Assembly: GCA_001821395.1 (NCBI GenBank)
Contig: MHLM01000001.1
Coordinates: 64,001-128,000 of the forward strand
Length of the DNA: 64,000 bases
Source of the DNA: Candidatus Lloydbacteria bacterium RIFCSPHIGHO2_02_FULL_50_18
Lineage (GTDB): Bacteria > Patescibacteriota > Minisyncoccia > Phycocordibacterales > UBA6899
Direction: 5' to 3'
Part shown: positions 62,925 through 64,000 of the stretch, piece by piece
Layout of the letters: each line of letters opens with the position of its first letter
Position numbering within the stretch: the stretch's first letter is position 1
Program-made: the position numbers and the translations under genes
Notes under the pieces: generated by a model
What the model was told of the DNA's origin: nothing
Database searches by the model: none
Seen by the model: only the letters and a program-made list of their open reading frames with translations

Positions 62925-64000
62925 TTAACCCCAGATTGATCTTAAGATATTCTGCCTCGCTACCATTTTTGCAGGAATAAATCCCGCAAAGATTCCCGAA
63001 ATAGTAAGACTGATAATGTTGATAAAAATCTCAATGGGAGTGTACACCAAACTTGCGCTCCCAAACGGCATCGGAATTGGCCGCATTTGCAACAGTGGGA
63101 CCACAAGGGAAAAAACAATCAAAAGCCCCAGCATGGTTCCAAGAGTGACATAGAAAAGGGACTGGAGAACATACGATACCTCGATGATACTTTCCTTGAT
63201 GCCGATTGCTTTTAATATGCCAATTTGTCTGCGCTTGTTCACTGCGTTCACATAAATCATCACAAAGATTGTGATTGCGGCAACAATAATACTAATGACT
63301 GTGACAATAACCGCGATAATATCGAATGCATCAACAAGAATACCGACGGTACTAAGGCGATTCGTGTATTTTTCGATCTTTAAGTTTGGCGCTATCGCTC
63401 CAATCTGCTCGGCGTACTCATCGAGTGTTCCTCGGCCAAGATCCATTCGTACCATGATCTCTGAAGCATTGTCATAAACCGACAATATGGACTCCGCCTC
63501 CTCTGCTGAAATGAATGCAGTGCCTCCAACCGACCCACCCATGCTGATCTTAAATATTCCCCTTATCGTATACGTTCGGGTGATGCCATTGGAATAGGTC
63601 ACCTGGACTTCATCTCCGACAATGGCGCCACCAAGGTCTGATGTTTGCTTTGTCCCAAATCCGCCGGAGAGATTTGCTCCGAGTACGATCTCGTCATTTT
63701 TCAGATCATCTGGGAATTCACCAGAAACGATATTTTTATAGACCGTGAGGATCTTTTTTTCCTCCGATTGAGTCACGCCAACTACTGGTGCAGAGACTCG
63801 CTTGAATTCACCCATCTTTTCCTTGTCATACGCGAACGAACCACCCAACTGATAGTGTCGAGCCGTTCCAATAACTCCAGGAATTGTTCCGATCTGCGCA
63901 CGCACCTTCTCTTGGTTCAAGATAAATTCCTTGACCGTCGGTTCCTCTTGCGGCATGACAATAATATGCGCAGTCGAATTGTCTATCATTGACCGCATGA
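62925..64000 (-). CDS. ABC transporter permease, FtsX/MacB-like (5' end probably beyond window)
   Basis: C-terminal 4-TM FtsX domain with large periplasmic domain. Called Met at 63998 lacks the expected N-terminal TM1, so the gene likely continues past 64000. Confidence 0.7.
   Translation of the reverse strand, partial: MRSMIDNSTAHIIVMPQEEPTVKEFILNQEKVRAQIGTIPGVIGTARHYQLGGSFAYDKEKMGEFKRVSAPVVGVTQSEEKKILTVYKNIVSGEFPDDLKNDEIVLGANLSGGFGTKQTSDLGGAIVGDEVQVTYSNGITRTYTIRGIFKISMGGSVGGTAFISAEEAESILSVYDNASEIMVRMDLGRGTLDEYAEQIGAIAPNLKIEKYTNRLSTVGILVDAFDIIAVIVTVISIIVAAITIFVMIYVNAVNKRRQIGILKAIGIKESIIEVSYVLQSLFYVTLGTMLGLLIVFSLVVPLLQMRPIPMPFGSASLVYTPIEIFINIISLTISGIFAGFIPAKMVARQNILRSIWG

Overview
This 64-kb window reads as a compact bacterial chromosome segment of about 45% GC. 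It is gene-dense, mostly housekeeping, with no rRNA, no CRISPR array and no obvious prophage or integrase. The T4P operon lacks outer-membrane secretin components, which suggests a monoderm or CPR-like lineage.

Gene content in order:
- **1-3035 (+):** a tightly packed cassette of a partial nitroreductase-fold-like ORF, a ThiF/MoeB E1-like enzyme and a PaaK/CapK-like adenylate-forming enzyme. This trio is the main candidate for an undescribed system.
- **3045-4670 (+):** a 7TM sensor histidine kinase directly downstream of the cassette.
- **Scattered housekeeping genes:** trpS, aspS, gltX, cysS; scpA-scpB-dacA; a reduced dcw block (mraY-ftsW-murG); an M23 peptidase; ribosomal proteins L27, L9 and L21; a Ctp S41 protease; CorA; dnaB; recR; rmuC; a P-type ATPase; a GGDEF protein; YqeY; a LOG-family protein; a HAD hydrolase; YgjP.
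- **24.8-30.0 kb (+):** a MarR-MFP-RND efflux operon.
- **44.9-61.3 kb (-):** a sensor-rich locus with three paralogous Cache/PAS sensors, a PAS-gene remnant, a CHASE-PAS hybrid histidine kinase and a CheY-PilB-PilC-pilin/pseudopilin type IV pilus operon.
- **62.2-64.0 kb (-):** a MacB/FtsX-type ABC pair, partial at the window end.

Most notable non-standard observations:
- a tRNA-Pro(GGG) followed by a tract of roughly 90-bp tandem repeats built from tRNA-Pro sequence blocks;
- two kinase-like sensors whose H-box carries Gln where the phospho-accepting His is expected;
- rplU and rpmA unlinked, with a zinc-ribbon gene in rpmA's usual position;
- several perfect palindromes at promoter-proximal sites;
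- a handful of orphan proteins.
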